Shown: positions 1-7,030 of the stretch, piece by piece | How the letters are laid out: each line of letters begins with the position of its first letter | Numbering within the stretch: the stretch's first letter is position 1 | NCBI GenBank assembly: GCA_964386725.1 | Contig: CAYLTX010000024.1 | Location: 1 to 24,253, forward strand | Direction of reading: 5' to 3' | Length of the DNA: 24,253 nt | Source: an uncultured Bradymonadales bacterium | Lineage (GTDB): Bacteria > Myxococcota_A > Bradymonadia > Bradymonadales > Bradymonadaceae | The notes under the pieces: generated by a model | The model's database searches: none | Told to the model about the DNA's origin: nothing | Seen by the model: the letters and a program-made list of their open reading frames with translations, nothing else | Position numbers and translations under genes: made by a program

Positions 1-1110
1 GCGGTCAGTTATATCTGGGAGTTTGTCCCCGCCCATTTCGAGCTTCAGGAGCACCACCAGGAGCGTGCAGTGTGCGCGTGCGGATGCTTTCTGTACGGCC
101 CGACGCCCGAGCGCGTCGCCGACGGGGTCATCTACGGGCCGGGGCTTCACGCCGACGTGGCCGTCTCGAAGTGCGACGACAGCCTGCCGATTGAACGCCA
201 GGCCAAGCGGATTCGCCGGGCCGGCATTCCGATGAGCCGAAGCAGCCTCAACGACGTATTTCACCGCACAGCCGAGCTGCTCACGCCCATCTGGCGGCGC
301 ATCCTCGAGCTCATCGCCCAAAGCGAGCACGTCTCGGCCGACGAGACGCCGATCAAGGTCCAGGACAAAGGCAAATGCCGCAAAGGCTGGATGTGGACCT
401 TCATCGCCCGCGGCTTGGTGGCCTACGTCTTCAGCGCATCGCGCAGCGGGCAGACGCCGGTGGACGTGCTCGGCGAGACCAGCGGCACCATCCAGGTCGA
501 CGGCTACTCGGGCTACAACACGATTAGCTGCCCCGAAGGCCGCACCCGATGTGGCTGCTGGGCACATGCGCGCCGCAAATTCTGGGACGCCTTGAAGTAT
601 GCGCCCAAAGAAGCGAGGTGGGTGCTCGACCAAATTTTGAAGCTCTACGAGGTCGAATACGAGGCCCACGAAAAGAAGATCATGGGCAGCGAGGCTCACA
701 AATTTTTACGCCAGGCCAAATCAAAGCCGCTCGTCGACGGGCTCTTCGAGTGGCTCGACGACCAAAAAGACATATGGCCGCCCAAAAGTCCGCTGGGTGA
801 GGCCATCAAATATGCGATCAATCAAAAAGAACCCCTGTCACATTTTTTGGACGAGCCGAAGGTCCGGCTGGACAACAATTTGAGCGAGCGACATCTCAGA
901 TTGGTGGCGCTGGGCCGCAAAAACTTTCTATTCGTCGGCCACGACACCGGCGGCAAGAACCTGGCGATCTTGCAGACGATCGTTGCGAGCTGTGTCGCCA
1001 ACAAGATCAACCCGCAAGAGTACCTGACCGACGTGATCATGCGGGTGCAGCATCATCCGCAGTCACGCATCGACGAGCTGCTTCCCGATCAGTGGAAGCC
1101 GCCCGGCTGA
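1..1110 (+). CDS. tnpC: IS66-family transposase (TnpC), 5'-partial. The reading frame is open from base 1, so the N-terminus lies outside the window.
   Basis: The translation has the typical IS66 TnpC layout. There is an N-terminal Cys cluster (CACGC), then PIERQAKRIRRAGIPMSRSSL, HVSADETPIKVQ and the DGYSGY block. The C-terminal region carries CWAHARRKF and LDNNLSERHLR motifs. The same frame has no stop codon between position 1 and the annotated Met at 70. Confidence 0.85.
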   Translation, partial: AVSYIWEFVPAHFELQEHHQERAVCACGCFLYGPTPERVADGVIYGPGLHADVAVSKCDDSLPIERQAKRIRRAGIPMSRSSLNDVFHRTAELLTPIWRRILELIAQSEHVSADETPIKVQDKGKCRKGWMWTFIARGLVAYVFSASRSGQTPVDVLGETSGTIQVDGYSGYNTISCPEGRTRCGCWAHARRKFWDALKYAPKEARWVLDQILKLYEVEYEAHEKKIMGSEAHKFLRQAKSKPLVDGLFEWLDDQKDIWPPKSPLGEAIKYAINQKEPLSHFLDEPKVRLDNNLSERHLRLVALGRKNFLFVGHDTGGKNLAILQTIVASCVANKINPQEYLTDVIMRVQHHPQSRIDELLPDQWKPPG

Positions 1111-1270
1111 AAGGCGGGATCGATTTACTCTAAAGTAAGGGGGCGTCAGCTCAGTCGCGTCATCTGCGCCGATACGTTTCCGTGCTCCTCGGCGGGCGAA
1201 AGGCTTGCCCGCGCTCGTCGCACGAATGCGGACAAGCTGTCCGCGCTCCAAGTCAGCTACGCCGGGGACG
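1..1270 (+). mobile_element. Right-hand portion of an IS66-family insertion sequence. The exact right terminus is not determined; it lies somewhere between 1111 and ~1270.
   Basis: The transposase CDS ends at 1110 and is followed by ~160 bp of non-coding sequence before the CRISPR array. I could not confirm a terminal inverted repeat by eye. Confidence 0.45.
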
Positions 1271-1274
1271 ATGT

Positions 1275-1609
1275 CTGCCGGACGGATACGCGGGGCTGAA
1301 CCGCGTTTTGGGACTATCAGCGCAGGTACATTGAGGTGTTCCCCGCGTCCGCGGGGCTGAACCGTGCGCGACCATCTTCGCCCCGCTTGCCCACTCGTGT
1401 TCCCCGCGTCCGCGGGGCTGAACCGCGCGCTGGGCTCAACGCCATTTCGGTGCAGCCGTGTTCCCCGCGACCGCGGGGCTGAACCGGGACTGTCTCCGCG
1501 TGAGCGGGGCCACCCGGTATGTTCCCCGCGATAGCGGGGCTGAACCGTGGATCGGCGACAACAATTATTACCGGTTCGCGTGTTCCCCGCGTTTAGCGGG
1601 GCTGAACCG
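1275..1609 (+). CRISPR. Small CRISPR array with type I-E-like repeats. It has 5 clear repeats plus a degenerate leading half-repeat. Consensus is GTGTTCCCCGCGTCCGCGGGGCTGAACCG (29 bp) with 32-bp spacers.
   Basis: Repeats lie at 1336-1364, 1397-1425, 1458-1486 (T>A variant), 1519-1547 (ATGTT...ATAG variant) and 1580-1609 (30 bp, TTTAG insertion). A half-repeat at 1275-1303 matches only the 3' CGCGGGGCTGAACCG. All five spacers are exactly 32 bp (1304-1335, 1365-1396, 1426-1457, 1487-1518, 1548-1579). The repeat closely resembles the E. coli type I-E repeat GTGTTCCCCGCGCCAGCGGGGATAAACCG. Confidence 0.85.
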
Positions 1610-1636
1610 CTGTTGGACGGCGGTATACCCTACTGC

Positions 1637-1662
1637 TGACGCCCAGAGGACGTCAGTCCAGT
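1637..1662. repeat. Left copy of a perfect 26-bp direct repeat, TGACGCCCAGAGGACGTCAGTCCAGT. It folds into a 6-bp-stem hairpin.
   Basis: An identical 26-mer occurs at 2317-2342. Each copy contains CTGACG..CGTCAG inverted arms. Confidence 0.9.
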
Positions 1663-2316
1663 AGTGGCGGCGAGCGTCGTGAGGCTACGGGTGAAGTTGG
1701 GGGTCGAGTCTCATCGTTACCCACATCACTGGAGCTCTAAATCGGGAGCCCTGAACGGTCACCGAAGGCTCCCCGATGAGCGGAACGAAGTGGAGCGCCG
1801 CGCCCCGTTGTTTAGGGGCGCCTTTGTAGCCCCATGTGACCGAATGGAACGTGGGGATCGGGCGTTGCGAACCGACCATATCATTGTATCCACCAACGAT
1901 ATGCTCGAATAGCGCGCTCGAGATTGCGCGTTGGGGCTTGATTGCCAGCCCCACCCTTACCCCAAGCTTCCTTCGCTAGCGCTACGGTCGCATGGGGCTA
2001 CAAAAGCCTCTCTCCGTTTCACTCCGCTCGGCGACGCTTCGCCTACGGCTACGCTCATCGAAAGGCTCCTTTCCCCGGGCGACGAGTTGATTTCCACAAC
2101 TCAGAGATGTGGGTAAGGATGAGGATCGAGTAGCACGTAAGGCCGACCGAGGTCGGAAAATCTGGGGGGCGAGTAGCTCGTCATTCCGACGTGAGGTCGG
2201 GTAAGTTGGGCGTCGAGAGGCGTGTAGTTGCGACGTGAGGTCGGTTCGAGCCCGTGCACGTTCAGGTTCACGGGTCTAATGGGACCGTAGCGGCCGTTCG
2301 AAGATGTCGATGATCG
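1663..2316. other. GC-depressed, ORF-poor, hairpin-dense non-coding island. It may be a structured ncRNA or a small non-autonomous element, but it is unclassified.
   Basis: There is no convincing ORF on either strand. Hairpins include CGGGAGCC..GGCTCCCC, GCGCCCC..GGGGCGC and CCCGTG..CACGGG (2250-2275). Three related stem-loops of the form CCGAC-(CGAG/GTGAG)-GTCGG lie at 2143-2156, 2186-2200 and 2231-2244. GC content is visibly lower than in the flanks. Confidence 0.3.
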
Positions 2317-2342
2317 TGACGCCCAGAGGACGTCAGTCCAGT
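2317..2342. repeat. Right copy of the perfect 26-bp direct repeat.
   Basis: It is identical to 1637-1662. It lies 73 bp downstream of the kinase gene stop at 2415 on the minus strand. Confidence 0.9.
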
Positions 2343-2414
2343 CGAGCCGGCGGGCATCACCACCAGACATGGGAAGGTCTGGCACCGGTGTTGGGCGATC
2401 GCCGCTCGGCCGGC

Positions 2415-5400
2415 TCAGCGTTGCAGGCGGCGGCGTTGGGCGTCGGCGAGGCGGGCGGCTTGGGCGGCGCGGGTGGGGTGGTCTTGGGCGGTGAGGGTTT
2501 GGTGGGCGGCTTGGGCGGCCCAGAGGATGTAGGGGAAGACGAAGTCGAGGTCGGCGTGGAGGCGGGCGGCTTGGGCGTGGGCGGTGTCCCAGGCGTCGAG
2601 GTCGCCGAGCTTGGCGAGCAGGGGGAGTCGGGCGCTGTGGTAGACGAGGTGGTAGACGTAGCGGCCGTCGAGGTCGACCACCGCGCGCATGGGCTCGAGC
2701 AGGGCCTGGGCGCGCTGGAGTCGGTCGTCGGCGACCGCTGTGATCGCTGCGCCGGCGCGGGCCAGGTCGGTCAGCCGGGAGTCGACCGCGCCGAAGAGGT
2801 CGAGGGCGTCGCGGTAGATCTGCCAGGCTTCGGCGGCGTCGCCGCGCTCGGCGGCGAGGTCGGCCATGAGCCGGCGGGCCATGCCCATGTAGACGGGCAT
2901 GCCCGTGGAGTGGGCGATTTGGTGGGCGTGTCGGGTCAGCGTGCCGGCGGCGGCGAAGTCGCCGCGGAACCAGGCGATCTCGGCGCGGCCCTGGTGGCAC
3001 CAGCTCAACTCCTCGCGCACGCCGTTGCTCGGGTCCGCCCCGCCCAGCTCGATGGCCTCGTCGAGCAGCGCTTCGCCGCGGTCGAGTTGGCCGGCCAGCA
3101 GGCGCAGCCAGCCCTGGCCGCCCAGCGCCTTGACCTGCCCCTCGATGTCGCCGACCTCCTCGAAGAGATAGCTGGCGTGGTCGTAAAAATGTGCGCCGCG
3201 CTCGACGTTGCCGTCGAGCCTGTCCAGCTCGCCGAGGACGTAGGAGATCGTGGCCAGCCCGGCCGGGTCGTCGAAGTGGGCGACCTCCTCGAAGAATCGG
3301 TTCGCCCAGCGACGCGCGCGCTCGGGTTGGCCGATGATGCGGCTGATGTCGGCCTGCAGGGGCATGTCGGCGGCGCGCCGGGGATCGGTCTCGGGCAGAT
3401 CGAGTTTGTCGACGACCTGCCGGTATTGGTCCAGCGTGGCCCGCGCGGCGGCGAACGACGAGGCGCGCAGGTGCTCGCGGCCGCTGTCGAGCAGGGGCGA
3501 TAGCGCCCGGTGATATTCTTCGGCCAAGAGCAGGTGCTGGGCGCGGCGGCGCGAGCGGGCGATGTTGTCGGGCTGCTCGGCCAACATCCGGGCGCAGGCG
3601 GCGTGGAAATGCTTCCAGAGGCCGGCGTCGCGGGCGCGCTGCTCGAGCGTCTCTCGCAGCGACTCGGTCTTGAAGCGCCATCCGGTCGGGGTGGAGACGG
3701 CCAGGCCGTGGCGGCCGAGCTCGTCCCACAGCAGCTCGGGCGGCTCGAGGCCGAGCAGCTCGACGACGCGCTCCCACTCGGCGCGAACGGCGGTCGTGCC
3801 CAGCGCCGCGGCCAGCTCGAGCGCGGTGAGCGCGTCGTCGGCGGCGGCCGGGGCCAGCGCGTCGAGGTGTCGGTCCAGGCGTCTCATCCACAGCGATTGG
3901 ATGTCGTCGGGGAAGGCATGCGGACCCTCTTTGCGCAGGCGATAGCCGTCGTCGCACTTGTCCAGCAGGTCGCATTCGAGCCAGTAGCGCACCAGATTGG
4001 CCGCGAATAGCGGCACGCCCTCGGTGTGCTCGACGAGCCGGTCGGCGAGCTCGGGGCTGAGCTCGAGCATCTGCGTGACGAGCTCGCGCTGCTCGGCGTC
4101 GGAGAGTCGCGCCAGCTTCAGCCGGCGCAGATTGCTCAATGTGAGCAACTCGCGGATATGCGGGTCGGAGGTCGCCGCCAGTTGACCGCGCGCGGTGGTG
4201 ATCAACACCAGACAGCCCAGCGGATCGCTGGAGTCTTCGCGCAGCAGGTATCGGGCCAATTGGAGCGATTCGCTGTGCGAGTCGACCGTGTCGAGCCACA
4301 AGATGAGCGGGCGCTCGGCGGCCTCGAGCGAGAGAAAGCGGGTCAGCACCGCCAGCCGTTGGGTCGGGTCGGAGAAGCGGAACTGAGCTCCATCTCGACC
4401 TTTCGCCGGGGACGGCCGCGGAGACGGTCGCATAAACTCGGTCAGCGCGGGGATGTCGACCTCCTCGATGACCCGCGCCACCTTGGCATCGTCCAGGTGC
4501 AGCCGGCTTCGGAAGTGCTTTTCGAGTCGCCGGTGGACTTTGGAGCGCGACAGGTCCCAGGTCCGCAAGTGATCGCCGAGCGCGCGTCGTAGCTCGTCGC
4601 CGCCGCGGCTGCTCTCCTGGTGAGAGATGCGAATGACCTTGGCGAGGCCGAGCTCCTGGGCGCGCTGGGTAAACCAGCCGAGCAGATGACTCTTGCCCAC
4701 GCCGGCTTCGCCGTTGATGAGCACGCCGCGGGTGCGCCGCTGGCGAAAGACGCGGCCGAGCTCGTCCCAAAGCATGTCGCGCTCGGCGTGCCGGCCGACC
4801 ATGGATAGGCGACGCAGCCCGAATAAGCCGACGCTCGCGGCGTGACGCTGCGAGTCCGCGGCCGCGCGCGCCCTCGCCTGCCAATCGTTGGGGAAGCCGG
4901 GGCGGTCGTAGTCGGGCAGATCGACGTGGTCGGTCAACGAGAGGACGCGCGGGATCAACTCGTCGGCCTCGTCTGCGTTGGAGCGTCCGCCGGCCGCGCC
5001 CGCGTCGACGATGCTCGAATCCTCCCACAGGCCGACGGGGCGGTCTTCGGGGGCGAGCATGGATTCCAGCGCGGTGCGGTTCTCCATGACCTCGTCGTGC
5101 TCGGCGACTCGGCGGTGCTCACCGGCGCGGTCGACGCGTGTGTCGGCCAGCGAGGGATCGACCTCCAGGACCTCGTCGATGCCGATATGGGATTTGGTCT
5201 CGGCGGTGGCCAGCGAGGCGGCGTCGTGGGCGTCGGCGGCGTCGCCGGTCGGTGGGGCGGGCTGGACCAGCGCGTTGTCGTCGAGCAACAGCAGGTTCCA
5301 GGCGGCGTCGGCCGCCGATTGAAACCGCCCGCGCAGATCTTTGGCCAGCAGCACCTCCAACCACTCATCGAAGCCGTCTGGGACGGCAAAGCGGGGCTCG

Positions 5401-6140
5401 AGCGGGGGCGGCGGCTCGTCGAGATGCCTCAACCACAGCCCGGTGGTATTGCGCGACTCGAAGGGCGGGTGCCCACAGGCGAACTCATAGGCCACGCACC
5501 CCAGCGCGTACAGATCCGTCCACGGGCCGAAGTCGCGCCAATGGCCGCGCACCTGCTCGGGGGCCATATAATAGGGCGTGCCGCTTCGGACCTGCTCGTC
5601 GCCGTCGCCGTCGCTGAGCGCCAGCGCTCGAGAGCGGGTGATCGCGTGGGCGAGGCCGAAGTCGCTCAGCAGCACCCGGTAGCCCTGTCGGGTCGGGTCG
5701 AGCAGGATATTGGCCGGCTTGATGTCTCGGTGGACCAGCCCGTGAGCGTGGCTGTGCGCCAGGGCGTCGAGCACCGAGACCAGGATCGCCCGCAGCGCCT
5801 TCCAATCCATCAATTGGGCGAGCCGCTCGAGGCTGCCTCCAGCGGCAAATTGCATCGCCAGCCAGGGGCTTGGGGCGGTAAAATCCCCTTGTGAGGCGCT
5901 CGCCTCGGCCTCGGAGACCCGCCCGTAGTCCAAGATCTGGACCACTCCCGGGTGGTCGAGCCGCGCCATCATGCGGACCTCCCGCTCGAAGGCGTGCTTG
6001 TGCGCCGAAGAGGTGGTCAAGGTCCGGCTGATCACCTTCACGGCCACCGGCTCGCCGGTGCGGTGGTGCTCACCGTACCAGACCTCGCCCATGCCCCCTC
6101 GACCCACACGGTTGTGGAGTTGGAAACGACCCAGTTTCAT
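2415..6140 (-). CDS. Large (1241 aa) multidomain Ser/Thr protein kinase. It has an N-terminal Hanks-type kinase, a central P-loop NTPase (NB-ARC/AAA-like) and a C-terminal TPR-like repeat region, i.e. STAND-like signalling kinase architecture.
   Basis: Kinase motifs are present: VGRGGMGEVWYG glycine loop, VAVK, HRDIKPANILL, DFGLA and GTPYYMAPE. Walker A GEAGVGKSHLL is at about aa 470. The C-terminal region is helical, leucine- and alanine-rich and repeat-like. The protein starts right at the kinase glycine loop. Confidence 0.85.
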   Translation of the reverse strand: MKLGRFQLHNRVGRGGMGEVWYGEHHRTGEPVAVKVISRTLTTSSAHKHAFEREVRMMARLDHPGVVQILDYGRVSEAEASASQGDFTAPSPWLAMQFAAGGSLERLAQLMDWKALRAILVSVLDALAHSHAHGLVHRDIKPANILLDPTRQGYRVLLSDFGLAHAITRSRALALSDGDGDEQVRSGTPYYMAPEQVRGHWRDFGPWTDLYALGCVAYEFACGHPPFESRNTTGLWLRHLDEPPPPLEPRFAVPDGFDEWLEVLLAKDLRGRFQSAADAAWNLLLLDDNALVQPAPPTGDAADAHDAASLATAETKSHIGIDEVLEVDPSLADTRVDRAGEHRRVAEHDEVMENRTALESMLAPEDRPVGLWEDSSIVDAGAAGGRSNADEADELIPRVLSLTDHVDLPDYDRPGFPNDWQARARAAADSQRHAASVGLFGLRRLSMVGRHAERDMLWDELGRVFRQRRTRGVLINGEAGVGKSHLLGWFTQRAQELGLAKVIRISHQESSRGGDELRRALGDHLRTWDLSRSKVHRRLEKHFRSRLHLDDAKVARVIEEVDIPALTEFMRPSPRPSPAKGRDGAQFRFSDPTQRLAVLTRFLSLEAAERPLILWLDTVDSHSESLQLARYLLREDSSDPLGCLVLITTARGQLAATSDPHIRELLTLSNLRRLKLARLSDAEQRELVTQMLELSPELADRLVEHTEGVPLFAANLVRYWLECDLLDKCDDGYRLRKEGPHAFPDDIQSLWMRRLDRHLDALAPAAADDALTALELAAALGTTAVRAEWERVVELLGLEPPELLWDELGRHGLAVSTPTGWRFKTESLRETLEQRARDAGLWKHFHAACARMLAEQPDNIARSRRRAQHLLLAEEYHRALSPLLDSGREHLRASSFAAARATLDQYRQVVDKLDLPETDPRRAADMPLQADISRIIGQPERARRWANRFFEEVAHFDDPAGLATISYVLGELDRLDGNVERGAHFYDHASYLFEEVGDIEGQVKALGGQGWLRLLAGQLDRGEALLDEAIELGGADPSNGVREELSWCHQGRAEIAWFRGDFAAAGTLTRHAHQIAHSTGMPVYMGMARRLMADLAAERGDAAEAWQIYRDALDLFGAVDSRLTDLARAGAAITAVADDRLQRAQALLEPMRAVVDLDGRYVYHLVYHSARLPLLAKLGDLDAWDTAHAQAARLHADLDFVFPYILWAAQAAHQTLTAQDHPTRAAQAARLADAQRRRLQR

Positions 6141-6391
6141 CGGTATTCCGGCCCGTCAAATACCTTTGATAATGAGGTGGATAGTAGTGTTTTTATAAGC
6201 CAATGTCCAAAGCGTGCGGATGCAATGCGAATAGTGTGATTTCGGGGTAATTTGTTGTTGAGGGGGCAAAAGACAGCCCCCCGAAAATCTTTATAAAGGG
6301 CTCGGCGTAGCGAGGCTATCGCGTACTAAGAACGTCTATTCTCTCGACTTGAGCCGGTGTGGGAGTACTTTTGGGGCGCGTCGGTGCCCTT

Positions 6392-6417
6392 ACTCGTCAG
6401 CCCAACTCGTCAGCCCA
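6392..6417 (+). promoter_or_regulatory. Perfect tandem 13-bp direct repeat (ACTCGTCAGCCCA x2), 14 bp upstream of the bphO start. It is a candidate operator or regulator-binding site.
   Basis: This is seen directly in the sequence. It lies in the divergent intergenic region between the kinase gene (minus) and bphO (plus). Confidence 0.25.
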
Positions 6418-6430
6418 GCAACGGTTTGCC

Positions 6431-7027
6431 ATGGAACGAAAACTGAGCGATCGGCTCAAAGCCGGCACCAGAGAGCAGCACGAGGCCGTCGAGCGCGCGG
6501 TCGAGCTGGACGCGGTGGCCGCCTCGCGGGAGGCATACCTCGCGCATTTATGCGCGCTGTGGGGCGTCCATGCGCCGCTGGAGGCCCGGCTGGCACGCCT
6601 GGACTGGGCACAAGTGGGCGTGGACTTCGAGTCTCGTCGGCGCGTCGAGTTGCTGCGAGCGGACATACGGGCGCTGGCGGCCGAGATCGACGTCGAGGCG
6701 TTGCCCACCTGTGAGCGGCTCGCGCCGGTGGAGACCATCTGGCAGGGGCTGGGCAGTCTCTACGTGCTCGAGGGCTCGCGGCTCGGTGGCCAGATGATCG
6801 CGCGGGCGCTCGAGCAGCGCCTCGGGCTGAGCCCCGAGCGCGCATGCCGATTCCTGTCGAGCCACGGCGTGAGGCTCGGGCAGAGTTGGAAGGCGTTTAA
6901 ATCTGCGGTCAACCGCGCCGGGGCCGAACACCCGGAATACGCTGCGACGGTGGTCGCCTCTGCAAACGACACCTTCGCGTCCGTCCAGCGCTGGTTCCAA
7001 GGTGAAGCGATTGAGCAGGCGAGGTGA
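6431..7027 (+). CDS. bphO: Heme oxygenase, the biliverdin-producing enzyme of the bacteriophytochrome operon.
   Basis: The N-terminal LSDRLKAGTREQHEAVE block is heme-oxygenase-like, with a proximal His in the conserved T..QH context. GSLYVLEGSRLGG matches the heme oxygenase signature. Its stop overlaps the phytochrome start region (TGACTCATG). The preferred start is the ATG at 6431 (MERKLSDRLK...); an alternative upstream ATG lies at 6359. Confidence 0.8.
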   Translation: MERKLSDRLKAGTREQHEAVERAVELDAVAASREAYLAHLCALWGVHAPLEARLARLDWAQVGVDFESRRRVELLRADIRALAAEIDVEALPTCERLAPVETIWQGLGSLYVLEGSRLGGQMIARALEQRLGLSPERACRFLSSHGVRLGQSWKAFKSAVNRAGAEHPEYAATVVASANDTFASVQRWFQGEAIEQAR

Positions 7028-7030
7028 CTC

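Noticed and set aside
1111-1270. GTAAGGGGGCG motif after the transposase stop resembling an IS66 terminal inverted-repeat core
   Set aside because: Its orientation is that expected for a left end, not a right end, and I cannot see the partner inverted repeat within the window. The IS boundary is therefore left undefined.
2225-2280. Possible tRNA/tmRNA T-arm (GGTTCGAGCCC) or group II intron domain V (GAGC...hairpin) in the non-coding island
   Set aside because: No acceptor stem, anticodon arm or CCA context could be built. There is no tag-peptide ORF ending in a stop preceded by Ala codons. The hairpin lacks the domain V bulge and GNRA loop. I kept it only as an unclassified structured region.
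2304-3503. 399-aa plus-strand ORF (Gly/Val/Ala-rich), and the similar plus-strand ORFs 3510..4010, 4026..4592 and 4842..5894
   Set aside because: They are antisense to the kinase gene. Their composition is typical of GC-rich antisense frames and they have no recognisable domain.
2101-5028. 975-aa ORF on the minus strand, extremely Arg/Pro/Ala-rich
   Set aside because: It is an alternate-frame artefact of the high-GC kinase gene occupying the same strand interval. Its composition is low-complexity with no motifs. The overlapping frame (2415..6140) carries unmistakable kinase and NTPase motifs.
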